Assembly: GCA_045603085.1 (NCBI GenBank)
Contig: JAZULL010000059.1
Location: 3,585-67,584 of the forward strand
Origin: Eubacteriales bacterium
GTDB taxonomy: Bacteria; Bacillota; Clostridia; Oscillospirales; CAG-272
DNA length: 64,000 nt
Reading direction: 5' to 3'
The position numbers and the translations under genes are program-made. Below the pieces are notes generated by a model, which worked only from the letters and a program-made list of their open reading frames with translations, ran no database searches and was not told where the DNA came from. This document shows, one piece after another, positions 38,401 through 48,792 of this stretch (position 1 is the first letter of the stretch; every line of letters begins with the position of its first letter).

Positions 38401-41400
38401 CCAGCGTGACCTTTTCAAGCAGCTGGCAGTAAGCAAAGGCTTCCGTGCCCATGGAGGTCAGGCTGTTGAGCTTGACCGAGGTAAAGATGGGAGCAAAGTA
38501 TCTGTATACGTATTCGCCGTTGACGTCCACCACGGGCGAGGTGAGGTTTTCGTCGTAGTAGTCGTTGTAGACCTCGCCCGAGAAGGCGTACGCGCCGATA
38601 GAGGTGACGCCGGACAGGTCGATATCCGAAAGACTTGCGGCGTTGTAGAATGCATAGTCTCCAATGCTGACGCCGCTGCCCAGCGTGACGCTCTGCAGCT
38701 TGACAGCACCCCAGAAGGCGCGGTTGCCGATCTGCACGTTGTCGCCGACGGTCAGAGAGGTCAGGGGGGACTTGAAGGCTACGTAGTAAACGTAGGAGAA
38801 CAAATCGTTGGGCATGCTCTCGCTTCGGATCTCCATATTGCGGTTGCTGAGCAATGCGAAGGCGTCGTCGCCCAGCACAACGTCAGCACCTACCGTAACG
38901 CTTTCCAGGCCGATACACTCGGAGAACGCGCCTTTGCCGACCTTGATGCCGTCGGGCAGGGTAACGCTTGTCAGACCCGAGCCGCTAAAGGCGTAGTCGC
39001 CGATGGCGGAAAGACCTGCAAACGAGGGAGCAACGGTCAGCTTGGAGCAACCGTCAAAGGCGTGCTCGCCAATCTCGGTCAGCTGACCCAGCGTGACGGT
39101 TGTCAGCTTGGAGCAGCCCGCAAATGCGTAAGGGGAGAGCTTGGTAACGCCGGGGAGCACCACCGAGGTGACGTTGGCGTTGCCCGAGAACGCACCCGTG
39201 CCGATGGCGGTGACGTTGAGATCGGGTGCAAACTCGCCCTTGGTTGCGGGAGCAACCAGGATCAGCGTGCTGTTGGTCTTATCAACAATGTAAGAGAGGT
39301 TTTCGCCGGTAACAAAGCGAGTGTTGGCCGCGTCGATGTTGATCGAGCTCAGCTTTGTGCCGCCAAAGGCGTTTTCGTTGATGACCGCAACGTCCTTGCC
39401 AAGCGTCACCTTTTCCAGCTTCTTGGCACCCTGGAATGCACCCGTGGGCACGACGGCGGTGTTGAGCGTGACCTCGGTCAGCGACTCGCAGCCCGCAAAG
39501 GCGTACATACCCAGCTTATAGATGGGAGCGTTGATGGTCAGCTTTTTGAGTGAAGAGTTGTTTGCAAACGCGTGCTTACCGATCGACTGAATGCTCTCGG
39601 AGAGCGTCAGGCTGCTCAGCGAGCGGTTGCCTGCAAATGCATAGTCGGCAATGGCAACTGCGCTGTCCAGCTTGACAGAGCCGGTCAGGGCACAGCCCTC
39701 AAACGCGCTTTCATTGATAAATTTCACGTTTTCCAGACCAACGACGGTTTTAAGCGAGGTACAGCCGTAGAATGCACCCCAGTCGATACGGGTCAGGGTG
39801 GAGGGCAGTACCACGCGCTCAAGCGCGGTCAGGTTTGCAAAAGCGTAGGACGAAATGGTCTCAACGCCCTCGGGGATGACGACTTCCTTGATGGTGTCCT
39901 CACCGATATACCAGATCTTGGAGTATTCGGGGTTTTCCTCGGTGATCTCCTCGGGAAGCTTGTCGATATAGTCGTAGTTGGAGAATGCGAACTGGCCGAT
40001 CTCGGTCAGAGAAAGGCTTTCGGGAATGACGACTGTGCCGCCAAGGCCGAAGTAATTCTGCAGCACGGGGCCGCTCGTCACATAGGGATCCTTGACCTCA
40101 ATGCTGATCGATTTGGAGTAGTAGGTAGACTTGCCGTCCATGACCACGCTTGCGGTGACCGAGGCAAAGCCTTCCTTTTGCGCTACGATAGTGCCGGTTT
40201 TGGCATCCACCGTCACGATATCGGGGTTGGAGGATTCCCAGACCACCTTGGTGTCGTCGGGGAAATAAGCGTCCAGCTTATAGCGCACCGTCACCGACTC
40301 GGAGGGGTACATTTCAAAGCGATAATTGGTGGAGCCGAACTTGGCCTCGTCACCCGTTACGCCCAGCTCGCGGTCGGAGGAGTTGACGAAATAGAAGGCC
40401 TTGTCCACGAAATAGCCGGTCAGATCAAAGAAATCGGTGACGGGCTTGTCGTATTGCACGTATCCCGCGTCGCCCTCGGAGAGCACCTTGACGCGGAATT
40501 CGTAGTAGCTCTTGGAGTCATTGGGGTCGGTGATACGGATACGGGTCACCGTACCGGGTGTGACGGGCACCAGTGTGTTGCCCACGATCTTGACGTTATC
40601 GGGATTGAAGGTAACGTAGTCGAGCAGCTCGCTCCAGGAGGAGTCGGGATACAGGACGGGATTGAGCTCGTAGGTCTGATAGGGAGAGAGCTCCAGCACC
40701 GGCATGTTCTGCTCGGGGGTGGGAACGAATCCCTCAAACTCGGGCAGGTAGAAGTCAACGTACTCGTCGGGCAGACCGATCTCGTAGGTGGCCTCGTTCA
40801 TGGCGTAGTCGTAGCAGGTCAGCGCAAAGGTGTTTTTGTGCGCCGCACCGGACTTGATATCGTCCACGTAGTCGGTCAGCTCAATGATGACGTCGGTGGT
40901 GTTGTTATACTCCGAGTAGATGGCGGTTACGTACTTGCCAAAGGACTTGAAGATGTAGCCGGTGTCGGTCAGGGTCACGTAGCCTGCCTGATAGCCCATG
41001 GAGTAGTGGTTATCGTAGATCGAGACCTTGGCGTACAGACGGTTGACCTGGCTGGACTTGTCGTATTCGGTATAGTAGACGCAGTCGGTCACGGCAGGTG
41101 CTTCGAAGTCTGTATAAAGCGGGAAGGTCATGGTGTTGCGCAGGTTGGTGTCCGCGCCACCGTCGCCGTAGTCCAGAAGACCCTTGATGGTGACGGTGTA
41201 TTTGGTGTTGTTCTTGAGATTTTGCTCAATGGCGGAGAAGCCAACATCTAAGTTTGCGGGGAAGATCGTGGGACCGCCGTCCGAATAGGCTTTGCGGATA
41301 TATTCCGCTGTGCGCTCGAATACCACCTCGCCGGTTGCATCGTCGGTGATGGTGATCTTCATTTCCTTGGCACCGCGGAGCATGCCCATCCAGACGTATT

Positions 41401-44161
41401 CCAGCGAGTTGATCGCGCCCTCCTGATTGGACAGCGAGATGTAGTCGCGGTTTGCCGAGATCTTCTTGGATGCGGGATCCTGAATGAAGTAGAAGGAGCC
41501 AAGGAAGCTTACGTAGTCGCCGTACAGAGAGCCGATGGGACGGGAAGCGTAAGCGTCGGGCATGGTCTTGTCCTCAAAGTCGATGGCGTCGTCCAGCTCG
41601 TCCTTGTTGGTTTCAAAGTACTCAAGGTCGAACATGGGAGCGCGCGTCCAGTCGCCGTAGAATACAAGGAAGGGGCAGCCCAGATCGACCGTGCCCTCGC
41701 CCTGCGCGTCGAGCTGCACAAAGCCCTCAACGTACATGCCGTTCTCAAAGGACTCGTCCAGATACTTTCTGTCGGCGTCGCTCAGTGTCAGGGTCAGCTC
41801 CACGTCGGCAGTCTGACCTGCCTGTACGGTCACGCTCTGACCGTTCTGCTGGCCGTTTGCGACAGAGGAAACGTTGACGCTGACGCCCTCGAGCAGATAA
41901 CCCTCCTCGGTGACCACGGTCTTGCCGTCCACCGTCTTGGTCTCGCTGACGCCCTCGGTCATGACAATTGCGGAAATATCATAGGTTAAGGCAGTAGAAC
42001 CAAAGTTGACAATAGAGAATTTCAGGACGTAAACGCCTTCCTTGGAAGGATCGTCGCCAAGCTCGATCTTGGATTTGTCCATGACAGAGCCGTCCTTACG
42101 GCTGTAGGTCTGAATGTATGCGGTGGTCAGCGCGCACTCGTCAAGGTTGGCAAGACCTGCGCCCTGCTTTCTGACCGAGTAGGGCAGACCGTTCTTGCCC
42201 AGCACCACGTCTGCGGTGGACATCAGCAGTCTGTTGACCAGAGCCGCCACCTCGACGTCGTTCTTGGCAAGGTGAGAGAGGTTCTCCTTGACGTACTGGC
42301 GGAGCAGTGCAACAACACCCGACATGTTGGGCGTTGCCATGGAGGTACCCGAAATGCGGTCGTAATCCTGACCGGGAACAGCCGAGAGGATGGATCCGCC
42401 GTGTGCGGTGATCTCGGGCTTGATCTCCAGGTCGGGCGTGGGGCCCCAGGAGGAGAAGCCGGACATGAAGGGGCCGGAGGTCTGGGCGCGGCTGAACACG
42501 ATAGTGCCCTTGCCCTGCGCGGCCAGCATCTCGCCGTCGTCCTGGCTGATCGAGCAGGAGGGAATGGTGGCGTCGCCAACGTTCATGCGGATCTCACCGG
42601 ACACGTTGTTGTAAATGATGACGGCGGCCGCACCCTTGGCCTGTGCAACGTTGACCTTTTCCTCAAAGGTGGTAGAGCCTCTGGCAACCAGCGCGACCTT
42701 GCCGGTCACGTCAATGCCGGTATAGTCAGCCGAGCGGCCTGCGCCGGGGATGAGAACGAATTCCAGCTCCAGCGAGTCAACGCCCTCGGGGAGCACGTCC
42801 TCCACCAGCTCCTTTGCCTCGCCCGCTCTGTCTGCGGAGTCGGTAAAGTAGATGATCTTGCCGTTGTACATCATGTAAGGGGTCTTTGCACCCTCGATCG
42901 ACGCGACGCAGAGTGCGCCCGCGTAGGTGGAGGGAGAGCCGACGGTTGCGGAGTCGGGATTGGAGGTCAGTCCAAGGTTACCGTTCTTCTCCGAGCCGTA
43001 GGTGGAGTTGTAGCTGTTGGAGGCTGCAACCACCAGGCTGATGCCGGCCTCGCGGATGTGGTCGTAAACGCCTGCGATCTGTTCCTTTTCGTTCTCGGTC
43101 GAGAAGCCGCAGGAGGTACCGATCGAGAGGTTGATGACGTCAACGCCCAGCACCACGCAGTCCTCCAGCGCGCCAAGGATCCAGGAGGTGCGCGCCTGGG
43201 TGTCGGTATCCGAGAAGATCTTCATGGCCACCAGCTGTGCGTTGGGAGCGACGCCGGTGATGGTGTCGTCGCGGCCTACGATGATACCCGATACGTGCGT
43301 ACCGTGGTCGGACTGGATGGGGTAAACGTCCGAGTCTCTGTCGGCGTAGTCAAAGCTGTAGGGGACTTTTTCGCTGATGTAGACGTCCGAGGCGGTCAGA
43401 CCGCTCTGGATGCCCGAGGCCTCGGTCTTGCCGACCAGACCCTCAACGTCGGCAAAGGTCATGCCCAGCTTGCTGCGGTCGGCGGTAAAGTTATTTACCG
43501 AGAAGGCGGTGTGGTAGTAGTCCAGACCCGTGTCCAGAACTGCCACGACCATGCCGGTGCCGTCGTAAGCGAAATCGGAGGAGTCGAAAATACCGGTCTC
43601 GTAAACGTCCACCACGTTTTCCACCAGCTTGGTCTCTGCGGGCAGATAGACCTCACCGACGATGGCGGTAGCCTGACCGTCAAGCAGCTCGTCAACCTTG
43701 TCCAGGTCGCCTGCCTTGACGGTGATCTCAAAGCCCGAGAGCACGGTGTCGTATTCCAAGCCGCGGTCATAGTCCAGCCCTGCCGCATCCAGTGTGGCAA
43801 GCAGCTGTGCTCTCTTGGCCGCGATGCGGCTTTTGACGTCTGCGGCCGCCGCGGACTGTGCATATTCGGACAGCGACAGGTCGGTGTCGGCGTCCTTATA
43901 AGCGTCCATGACGGTGGGAAGATCGGTTTTGATGATCAGGGAAATGATGTCCGTATCCGACACGGTGTCGGGGAGCTTGTGCACCACGTTTTTATCGAAA
44001 AGGTCTTCGATATTGGTCTGCACGTCGCCGTCGAACAGCCCGATATAATCCGAGCGCTCGGTTCCGGCAACCGTGACAGAGGACATGGTCAGAAGCATGG
44101 ACAGCACCACGGTCAGAACGACCGCGGCCGTGATCACCCTTGCAAGTGTTTTCTTGTTCAT
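35438..44161 (-). CDS. ~2900-aa cell-envelope S8 serine protease: PA domain, Ig-like domain, BspA-type LRRs, two TM helices, C-terminal domain
   Basis: Catalytic triad VLDTG / HGTHV / SGTSMATP; PA domain GKVALVARG; many IG.YAF LRR units; ATG 44161 followed by a signal peptide. Confidence 0.88.
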   Translation of the reverse strand: MNKKTLARVITAAVVLTVVLSMLLTMSSVTVAGTERSDYIGLFDGDVQTNIEDLFDKNVVHKLPDTVSDTDIISLIIKTDLPTVMDAYKDADTDLSLSEYAQSAAAADVKSRIAAKRAQLLATLDAAGLDYDRGLEYDTVLSGFEITVKAGDLDKVDELLDGQATAIVGEVYLPAETKLVENVVDVYETGIFDSSDFAYDGTGMVVAVLDTGLDYYHTAFSVNNFTADRSKLGMTFADVEGLVGKTEASGIQSGLTASDVYISEKVPYSFDYADRDSDVYPIQSDHGTHVSGIIVGRDDTITGVAPNAQLVAMKIFSDTDTQARTSWILGALEDCVVLGVDVINLSIGTSCGFSTENEKEQIAGVYDHIREAGISLVVAASNSYNSTYGSEKNGNLGLTSNPDSATVGSPSTYAGALCVASIEGAKTPYMMYNGKIIYFTDSADRAGEAKELVEDVLPEGVDSLELEFVLIPGAGRSADYTGIDVTGKVALVARGSTTFEEKVNVAQAKGAAAVIIYNNVSGEIRMNVGDATIPSCSISQDDGEMLAAQGKGTIVFSRAQTSGPFMSGFSSWGPTPDLEIKPEITAHGGSILSAVPGQDYDRISGTSMATPNMSGVVALLRQYVKENLSHLAKNDVEVAALVNRLLMSTADVVLGKNGLPYSVRKQGAGLANLDECALTTAYIQTYSRKDGSVMDKSKIELGDDPSKEGVYVLKFSIVNFGSTALTYDISAIVMTEGVSETKTVDGKTVVTEEGYLLEGVSVNVSSVANGQQNGQSVTVQAGQTADVELTLTLSDADRKYLDESFENGMYVEGFVQLDAQGEGTVDLGCPFLVFYGDWTRAPMFDLEYFETNKDELDDAIDFEDKTMPDAYASRPIGSLYGDYVSFLGSFYFIQDPASKKISANRDYISLSNQEGAINSLEYVWMGMLRGAKEMKITITDDATGEVVFERTAEYIRKAYSDGGPTIFPANLDVGFSAIEQNLKNNTKYTVTIKGLLDYGDGGADTNLRNTMTFPLYTDFEAPAVTDCVYYTEYDKSSQVNRLYAKVSIYDNHYSMGYQAGYVTLTDTGYIFKSFGKYVTAIYSEYNNTTDVIIELTDYVDDIKSGAAHKNTFALTCYDYAMNEATYEIGLPDEYVDFYLPEFEGFVPTPEQNMPVLELSPYQTYELNPVLYPDSSWSELLDYVTFNPDNVKIVGNTLVPVTPGTVTRIRITDPNDSKSYYEFRVKVLSEGDAGYVQYDKPVTDFFDLTGYFVDKAFYFVNSSDRELGVTGDEAKFGSTNYRFEMYPSESVTVRYKLDAYFPDDTKVVWESSNPDIVTVDAKTGTIVAQKEGFASVTASVVMDGKSTYYSKSISIEVKDPYVTSGPVLQNYFGLGGTVVIPESLSLTEIGQFAFSNYDYIDKLPEEITEENPEYSKIWYIGEDTIKEVVIPEGVETISSYAFANLTALERVVLPSTLTRIDWGAFYGCTSLKTVVGLENVKFINESAFEGCALTGSVKLDSAVAIADYAFAGNRSLSSLTLSESIQSIGKHAFANNSSLKKLTINAPIYKLGMYAFAGCESLTEVTLNTAVVPTGAFQGAKKLEKVTLGKDVAVINENAFGGTKLSSINIDAANTRFVTGENLSYIVDKTNSTLILVAPATKGEFAPDLNVTAIGTGAFSGNANVTSVVLPGVTKLSPYAFAGCSKLTTVTLGQLTEIGEHAFDGCSKLTVAPSFAGLSAIGDYAFSGSGLTSVTLPDGIKVGKGAFSECIGLESVTVGADVVLGDDAFALLSNRNMEIRSESMPNDLFSYVYYVAFKSPLTSLTVGDNVQIGNRAFWGAVKLQSVTLGSGVSIGDYAFYNAASLSDIDLSGVTSIGAYAFSGEVYNDYYDENLTSPVVDVNGEYVYRYFAPIFTSVKLNSLTSMGTEAFAYCQLLEKVTLGADVKVIPDKAFLYCRNLSEINLEGVTDIGSNTFYTTALSSLKLDSIKSIGTYAFAYCEQLSSVTFGQSGVTVSEGAFAYDTKLSAVSGMQNVSHVGDYAFAYSILPGADLSGASYIGTHAFYKDTMADFALTLGSALTDMGDNPFAMCRLTKLSSTETLTFNGKEYISTVYTYDISDNVRVIDGNLYRVVPKGLELIAYTGDDTSVTVADGTVRISAMAFAGAPVKQVTLPYTLASIGHKAFYDCEDLKLVVFSSYNAPILEEEFDALYHESYENIPATGDYSFYAADGSTLTKPGLGIIKYYMWNADTSYHNTYYGASFVDYIGHVDSPITMVRPVNGHHYDSFIFAQYFDTFIDGSAAADDVTLAAIAAINAIPEKVTLEDKALVEAARAAYDKISTMEQKALVYNLDKLTQAERRIADLEALAGESGSAEPTPEPPAGVSVTKVLSIALAIVGVISLVLAIACFILARKVFTPEYLAELKAAQKAKVKAKAEKPIKLNKPHKPRGMNKPGKLAQAFAAVPFGKIFTIISVVAIGAAIILMLGTLFSSAGSQWKDPYKQLDKQGYDVSIRYDAGDGTFANRDVTVVDVFAIGDYTVDENGKIHISLLDPQDKLRGAQAYVVDNPGYTLAGWYTDRQPRVDQQGRPLDEYGELTEISGREQGWVYSSRWDFDTDTVTVDPETVKSGSDAVLTLYAAWVPGVQFNLYDLNTLDENGNPTLIQTYVSSKLSIPVWKNGAISLGGNFPKLEGTPNAIYADVQMTTPLTDPLTLDINYENGTTNSPAMNVYVDLWEGSWFKISSVKQLYKHARADGNYIIEADLDFSVKGAIWPTAFYKGQNQFTGQIIGNGHKMSNITVVQPNGAQQGGLFGFIGAGACITDLHFENVTYTAVGSRLQGSTIGLFAGTISEQATVRNVTVSGKLLIDPSLYLDGMDSAVYGLIAGSGNTDGISLENVSAQLTGDNKMGAILTVNPETGEITLTPRKQN

Positions 44162-44234
44162 GTTGCGTTCTTTGCCTTTCTTTGTTTCTGCCGATTTTTT
44201 ACGAGATATCATAAAAATGACGATATATACAATA

Positions 44235-44263
44235 ATTATATCACAAACAGAAAAAAAGAGCAA
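44235..44263 (-). promoter_or_regulatory. Sigma-A-like promoter of the protease-opp operon
   Basis: Minus strand TTGCTC-N17-TATAAT. Confidence 0.5.
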
Positions 44264-44507
44264 GGGCTTTGTTCAATATATAATTATATATGTAGCATAA
44301 ATTAAACGGTCTTACGGTAAAGGTAATAGGGAAACTCTACAAAAAAACCGACCCCGAAAGGCAAAAATTCAAATCCTCTTGATTTATTCGCCGCTTTGTG
44401 ATACAATAGTACCAACAATATACTATTTTATAATCGGTGAGTCTGCGCGGCAGACGGACCGATACGGCATTTTGAAGAAATTCAGTACGTAAAACAGGAG
44501 AAAACAC

Positions 44508-47288
44508 ATGAAGAATTTGATCAAAAAGATGGCACTTGTGCTCTCTGTGATCCTTGTTGTCTGCATGGTTCTGACCGCCTGCAACCCCAATCCCGGCGGC
44601 GGCGAGCAGGACACGACACCCGGCTCTGAGCAGACGGGAGAGCAGACCACCACCGATCAGGGCAACACCCCCGCGGGTGAAAAAAAGGCCTACACGGTTG
44701 AGGTCAAGTCGATCGGCGGCATGGCACTGGAGGGTATTACGGTTAAGGTATATGCCGACAGTACTATGACCGACCTGGTCGATTTCGGCACGACCGATGC
44801 GACGGGTAAGGTCACCATCGAGATGCCCGAAAAGGACGGCTACGTGGCTGAGCTGACCGGCCTGCCCGCAGGCTATGAGTGCGAGCCCTATTATGAATTC
44901 GTGGGCGGCGGCGCAAGCATCTACGTGGTATCGCGCGTCATTTCGGACACCAATATTACAGGCGTTTCCTATAAGGTGGGCGACGTCATCCGTGATTTCA
45001 CGGTCGTGGACACCGACGGCACCTCTCACACTCTTTCCGAAATTCTCAAGGAAAAAGAGCTGGTCGTGCTCAACTTCTGGTACACCACCTGCTCCTGGTG
45101 TGTAGAGGAATTCCCCTACATGGAAACGGCTTATCAGAGTTATAACGACAAGGTTGAGGTCCTGGCGCTTGACCCCTACGGCACCGACAGCGAGAGCGCG
45201 ATTGCCGATTTCAAGGCCAATATGGGACTTTCCTTCCCCATGATCAAGGATTACAACGCGCTTTACGCCGCATTTGGCGTTACTGCGTTCCCCACTTCGG
45301 TATTTGTTGACCGCTACGGCGTGATCTGCCTGATCGAGGCGGGTGCGCTGATCGGCAATCAGCCCTTCACGGTTGCCTTCGATCATTTCACCGGCGACGA
45401 TTACGTGCAGGGACTTTACCAAAGCGTTGAAAGCCTCGTTCCCGAGGTAGAGGTCAACGTTTCCATGCCCGATCCCTCCGAGATCGCGGCCGCGATCAAC
45501 GGCGAGGGCTTCAATTGCACCTACCGTGCAGAGGAGTCCGAGGAGTATAAGGACATCACCTGGCCCTTTGTACTTGGCGAAAAGGACGGTTATGCATGCA
45601 TCAAGCCGGCAAATACCGGCGTTGCAAACTCCTTCTCGCTTCTGTATTGCGATATCGAGCTTAAGGCGGGACAGGCCGTTTGCTTTGATTTCTTCTCCTC
45701 CAGCGAGCAGTACAGCGACGTGCTGTATACCATTGTGGACGGTGTGGATGTCAACAGCATTTCCGGCAGCATGGGCTGGACCAGCTGTTACCCTTACGTT
45801 GCAACCGAGGACGGCACCTATGAGCTTGCCTTCACCTACGTCAAGGACGGCGATACCGACGAGGGTGAGGATACCGTTTATATCAGAAATCTGCGCGTTG
45901 TGGATCTGGCAAACATCGATACTCCCACGTATATCCCCCGTGAGGTGGCAACCGACCGCGCCGAGGACGGCTTTGGCTATAACAAGTATGCCGAGGTGGT
46001 GTTCAACGAGGCGGACGGCTACTACCACGTCGGTACCGTTGACGGCCCTCTGCTTCTGGCAGACCTGATGAACTACACCCAGTTCAGCCAGCAGACGGTG
46101 TTCGATATGGCTTACAACGGCCTGATCTCCGAGGATTTCTATGACAGAGCCGTAGATTATTTCTCCTTTGCCTCCAACTCTCAGCTGGCAGGCGTTTGCA
46201 CGGTCAATGCGGAGCTTGCGGATCTTTTGCGCGAGGTAGCGGCCGCATTGGGTGCCGAGGGTCACGACAGAGAGTGGCTGCAGATGTGCATTTACTTTGA
46301 TGCATACGGCACGGGCGGCGCACAGCTGGTTGACCCCATCCAGGGTCTTGCTCCCTTCTGCGCTTACAAGGCAGAGCTTGGTGAAAACTCCTTCACCTAT
46401 AACCGCGTGATCATGCCCAGAGGCCTGCTTGCGGAATTTATCCCCGAGGTTTCGGGCGTATACCGCATTACCTCTTACAGCGATCAGGACGTGGACGGCT
46501 GGCTGTTTGACGGCAACCATCAGGAGCTGATGGTTTACGAGCATTGCGAGAGAATGTATTTTGATATGGCCAACGTTTCCATGGTTTACTACATGGAGGC
46601 CGGTACCCCTTATTATATTGACATTGCTTATTGGGACGTTTACGGCGTGGGAACCATTCCTTACACTGTGGAATATCTGGGCGAGAGCTATGAGTATTTC
46701 CGCACCTGCGCTCCCGGCTACTTCACCTACTATGAAACCGAGGACGAGAACGTGACAAACGAGATCGTCGGCGGCGGCATCAAGGTAGCACTTGGCGAGG
46801 ACGACTACTATCACGAGCTTCGCGAGGACGGCAGCCTTGGCAGCATCATTTATGCCGACTTTACAAGCGTTTCCACGATCTTCAGCCACTCTCTGGCGCA
46901 GATGGCGGACATGAATGCCTTTAATTTCAAGTATACCGAGGGTGATTTGCTGATCCTTGGCTATATGGAAAAGTATCCCGGAAACACCAGAGAAAAGCTG
47001 CAGGAGCTGTGGGGCGACGCCTTTGAGGAGTATGCAGAGGAATATGAGCTTGACGAGGTGCTCGCGGGCACTTATCACGGCGGCGGTGAGGATATGACCG
47101 AGATCGCCAAGAAATATGCCGGCATGACGCTGCCTGAAAGCGAGGAAGCTCCCGAGCTGGAGGGATGTGTAGCTGTCAACCAAGAGCTGGCAGATCTGCT
47201 TCAGAAGCTGATGGATAAGTACACGTTCCAGGGTGTGGACAACTCCTGGATCAAGCTGTGCTTCTACTACCAGCATCTGGGCAACTAA
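44508..47288 (+). CDS. Large lipoprotein with a TlpA-like redoxin domain
   Basis: Lipobox LTAC; VVLNFWYTTCSWCVEEFP and cis-Pro motif FPTSVFVD; further unknown domains. Confidence 0.85.
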   Translation: MKNLIKKMALVLSVILVVCMVLTACNPNPGGGEQDTTPGSEQTGEQTTTDQGNTPAGEKKAYTVEVKSIGGMALEGITVKVYADSTMTDLVDFGTTDATGKVTIEMPEKDGYVAELTGLPAGYECEPYYEFVGGGASIYVVSRVISDTNITGVSYKVGDVIRDFTVVDTDGTSHTLSEILKEKELVVLNFWYTTCSWCVEEFPYMETAYQSYNDKVEVLALDPYGTDSESAIADFKANMGLSFPMIKDYNALYAAFGVTAFPTSVFVDRYGVICLIEAGALIGNQPFTVAFDHFTGDDYVQGLYQSVESLVPEVEVNVSMPDPSEIAAAINGEGFNCTYRAEESEEYKDITWPFVLGEKDGYACIKPANTGVANSFSLLYCDIELKAGQAVCFDFFSSSEQYSDVLYTIVDGVDVNSISGSMGWTSCYPYVATEDGTYELAFTYVKDGDTDEGEDTVYIRNLRVVDLANIDTPTYIPREVATDRAEDGFGYNKYAEVVFNEADGYYHVGTVDGPLLLADLMNYTQFSQQTVFDMAYNGLISEDFYDRAVDYFSFASNSQLAGVCTVNAELADLLREVAAALGAEGHDREWLQMCIYFDAYGTGGAQLVDPIQGLAPFCAYKAELGENSFTYNRVIMPRGLLAEFIPEVSGVYRITSYSDQDVDGWLFDGNHQELMVYEHCERMYFDMANVSMVYYMEAGTPYYIDIAYWDVYGVGTIPYTVEYLGESYEYFRTCAPGYFTYYETEDENVTNEIVGGGIKVALGEDDYYHELREDGSLGSIIYADFTSVSTIFSHSLAQMADMNAFNFKYTEGDLLILGYMEKYPGNTREKLQELWGDAFEEYAEEYELDEVLAGTYHGGGEDMTEIAKKYAGMTLPESEEAPELEGCVAVNQELADLLQKLMDKYTFQGVDNSWIKLCFYYQHLGN

Positions 47289-47301
47289 TCACTTGAAAAT
47301 T

Positions 47302-47333
47302 TTGCCGAACCTCTTGCAAAAGAGGTTCGGCAA
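47302..47333. other. Strong intergenic hairpin without a U-tract
   Basis: TTGCCGAACCTCTT-GCAA-AAGAGGTTCGGCAA. Confidence 0.6.
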
Positions 47334-47422
47334 TGCCGTCTTTTGCGCCAATCGTGTGACGCAAAAGAATATTAACCAACGATTTAAAAATCAACCGCGA
47401 ATATTGAATATTGAGGATTTTT

Positions 47423-48775
47423 ATGAGAATTTTTAATAAAAACATGCCCGTGATCCTGCTGGCGGTCTTGCTTTGCCTGAGCCTTTTGATGGTGGCGTGT
47501 GACGGCGGCAAGCAGCCCCCCGAGTCCTCCGACCCCGAACAGACCGGGCAGGTAACCGAGGATCCTGCGACCGATACCACCGATGAAGTGACCGGTGACG
47601 AGGACAAGACCGACGAGAGCGGCTCCGAGGAGCAGACCACCGAGGGGGAGACGCAGCCTGCCGAGATCACTTATACCGTCAGCGTGACCGGCTCGGACGG
47701 CAATCCCAGACAGGGTGCGCTCGTGCGCTTTCTGAAGGGTGGCGAGCAGGTGACAACGGCTGTCACGGCAGCTGACGGCGCGGCAAGCGTGGATCTTTTG
47801 CCCGATACTTACGACGTGGTCATTGACAATATTCTGGGCGAGAAATACAGTACAGAGGGCTGTGTCGTCACCCCCGAGAGCACCGCACTTTCGATCAGAC
47901 TTTACGGTCTGCCTGCTATGGGTGAAGAGATCTATGCATACGATGCAGCCGCAGACGATTATATCGGCTATATGGCCAACCGCATCGTGGAGGGCTCGAC
48001 CTTCGTGACGTTGAATGCGGATGACATGACCTACTATCTGTTTACCGCATCGCGCGGCGGTATGTTCCGCTTGTCCTTTGATGCGGATCTGCCGGTTTCG
48101 ATCGGCTACTTTGGCTCGACCTCGTACGTCGTGACCGAGTCCCTCTCGCCCGAGGAAAATAACGCCATTACGGTCGAGGTTTACGACGACATGGCGTACA
48201 ATTACGCCTTTGTCATCGGCGTCAAGGCCGAGGATGCGGCACTTACCGAGTGCGTTTTGACAATTGAGTACGTTGCCGAGCGCGAGACCGACGAAACCGA
48301 GCTGCCCTGGAACGACGTCATGCCGAGCGGAGAGCTTGCGCAGTTTACTAAGCCCGTGGGCACTCTGGGTAAGTTTGACCTGGAGGGAGATATCGTCACG
48401 CTGGTGCTTGGTGCGGATGGCTACTATCACGTTGGCAGCGCGGACGGTCCTTTGGTGCTGATCAATCTGGATAACAGCACGGGATATTTAGACGCGCTGA
48501 CCACGGTGTGCGCAAACCAACGCCTTGGCGTGTACGTGTATGACGAGGATGGCAATCTCGTGTCCAAGGACAGCTACAACGAGCTGATCTATGCATACAA
48601 TGCGGTAAGTGACGGTGGCTATTATCCGCTGGATCAGACCATGCTGGATATGCTTGTGGCGGTTGGCAACTATATGGGCTGGTATGATGCTTCCTCGCCT
48701 ATGTATCTGTTTGGCGGCAAGGTGCTGACCGTGGAGAACGCGCACCTGTTTGCCTGCGTATATCTGCAAAATTAA
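47423..48775 (+). CDS. Lipoprotein, partial paralog of the redoxin lipoprotein
   Basis: Lipobox MVAC; YTVSV...GALVRF domain; ADGYYHVGSADGPL shared with the upstream gene. Confidence 0.78.
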   Translation: MRIFNKNMPVILLAVLLCLSLLMVACDGGKQPPESSDPEQTGQVTEDPATDTTDEVTGDEDKTDESGSEEQTTEGETQPAEITYTVSVTGSDGNPRQGALVRFLKGGEQVTTAVTAADGAASVDLLPDTYDVVIDNILGEKYSTEGCVVTPESTALSIRLYGLPAMGEEIYAYDAAADDYIGYMANRIVEGSTFVTLNADDMTYYLFTASRGGMFRLSFDADLPVSIGYFGSTSYVVTESLSPEENNAITVEVYDDMAYNYAFVIGVKAEDAALTECVLTIEYVAERETDETELPWNDVMPSGELAQFTKPVGTLGKFDLEGDIVTLVLGADGYYHVGSADGPLVLINLDNSTGYLDALTTVCANQRLGVYVYDEDGNLVSKDSYNELIYAYNAVSDGGYYPLDQTMLDMLVAVGNYMGWYDASSPMYLFGGKVLTVENAHLFACVYLQN

Positions 48776-48792
48776 TTTCAAGGAGATAAACG

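Noticed and set aside
29533-44305. Long plus-strand ORFs (922, 1425, 559, 677 aa)
   Set aside because: Antisense to well-supported opp and protease genes; composition typical of reverse-frame shadows.
44337-47276. 979-aa minus-strand ORF (likewise 15847..18492 and 20111..22255)
   Set aside because: Antisense shadows of genuine plus-strand genes.
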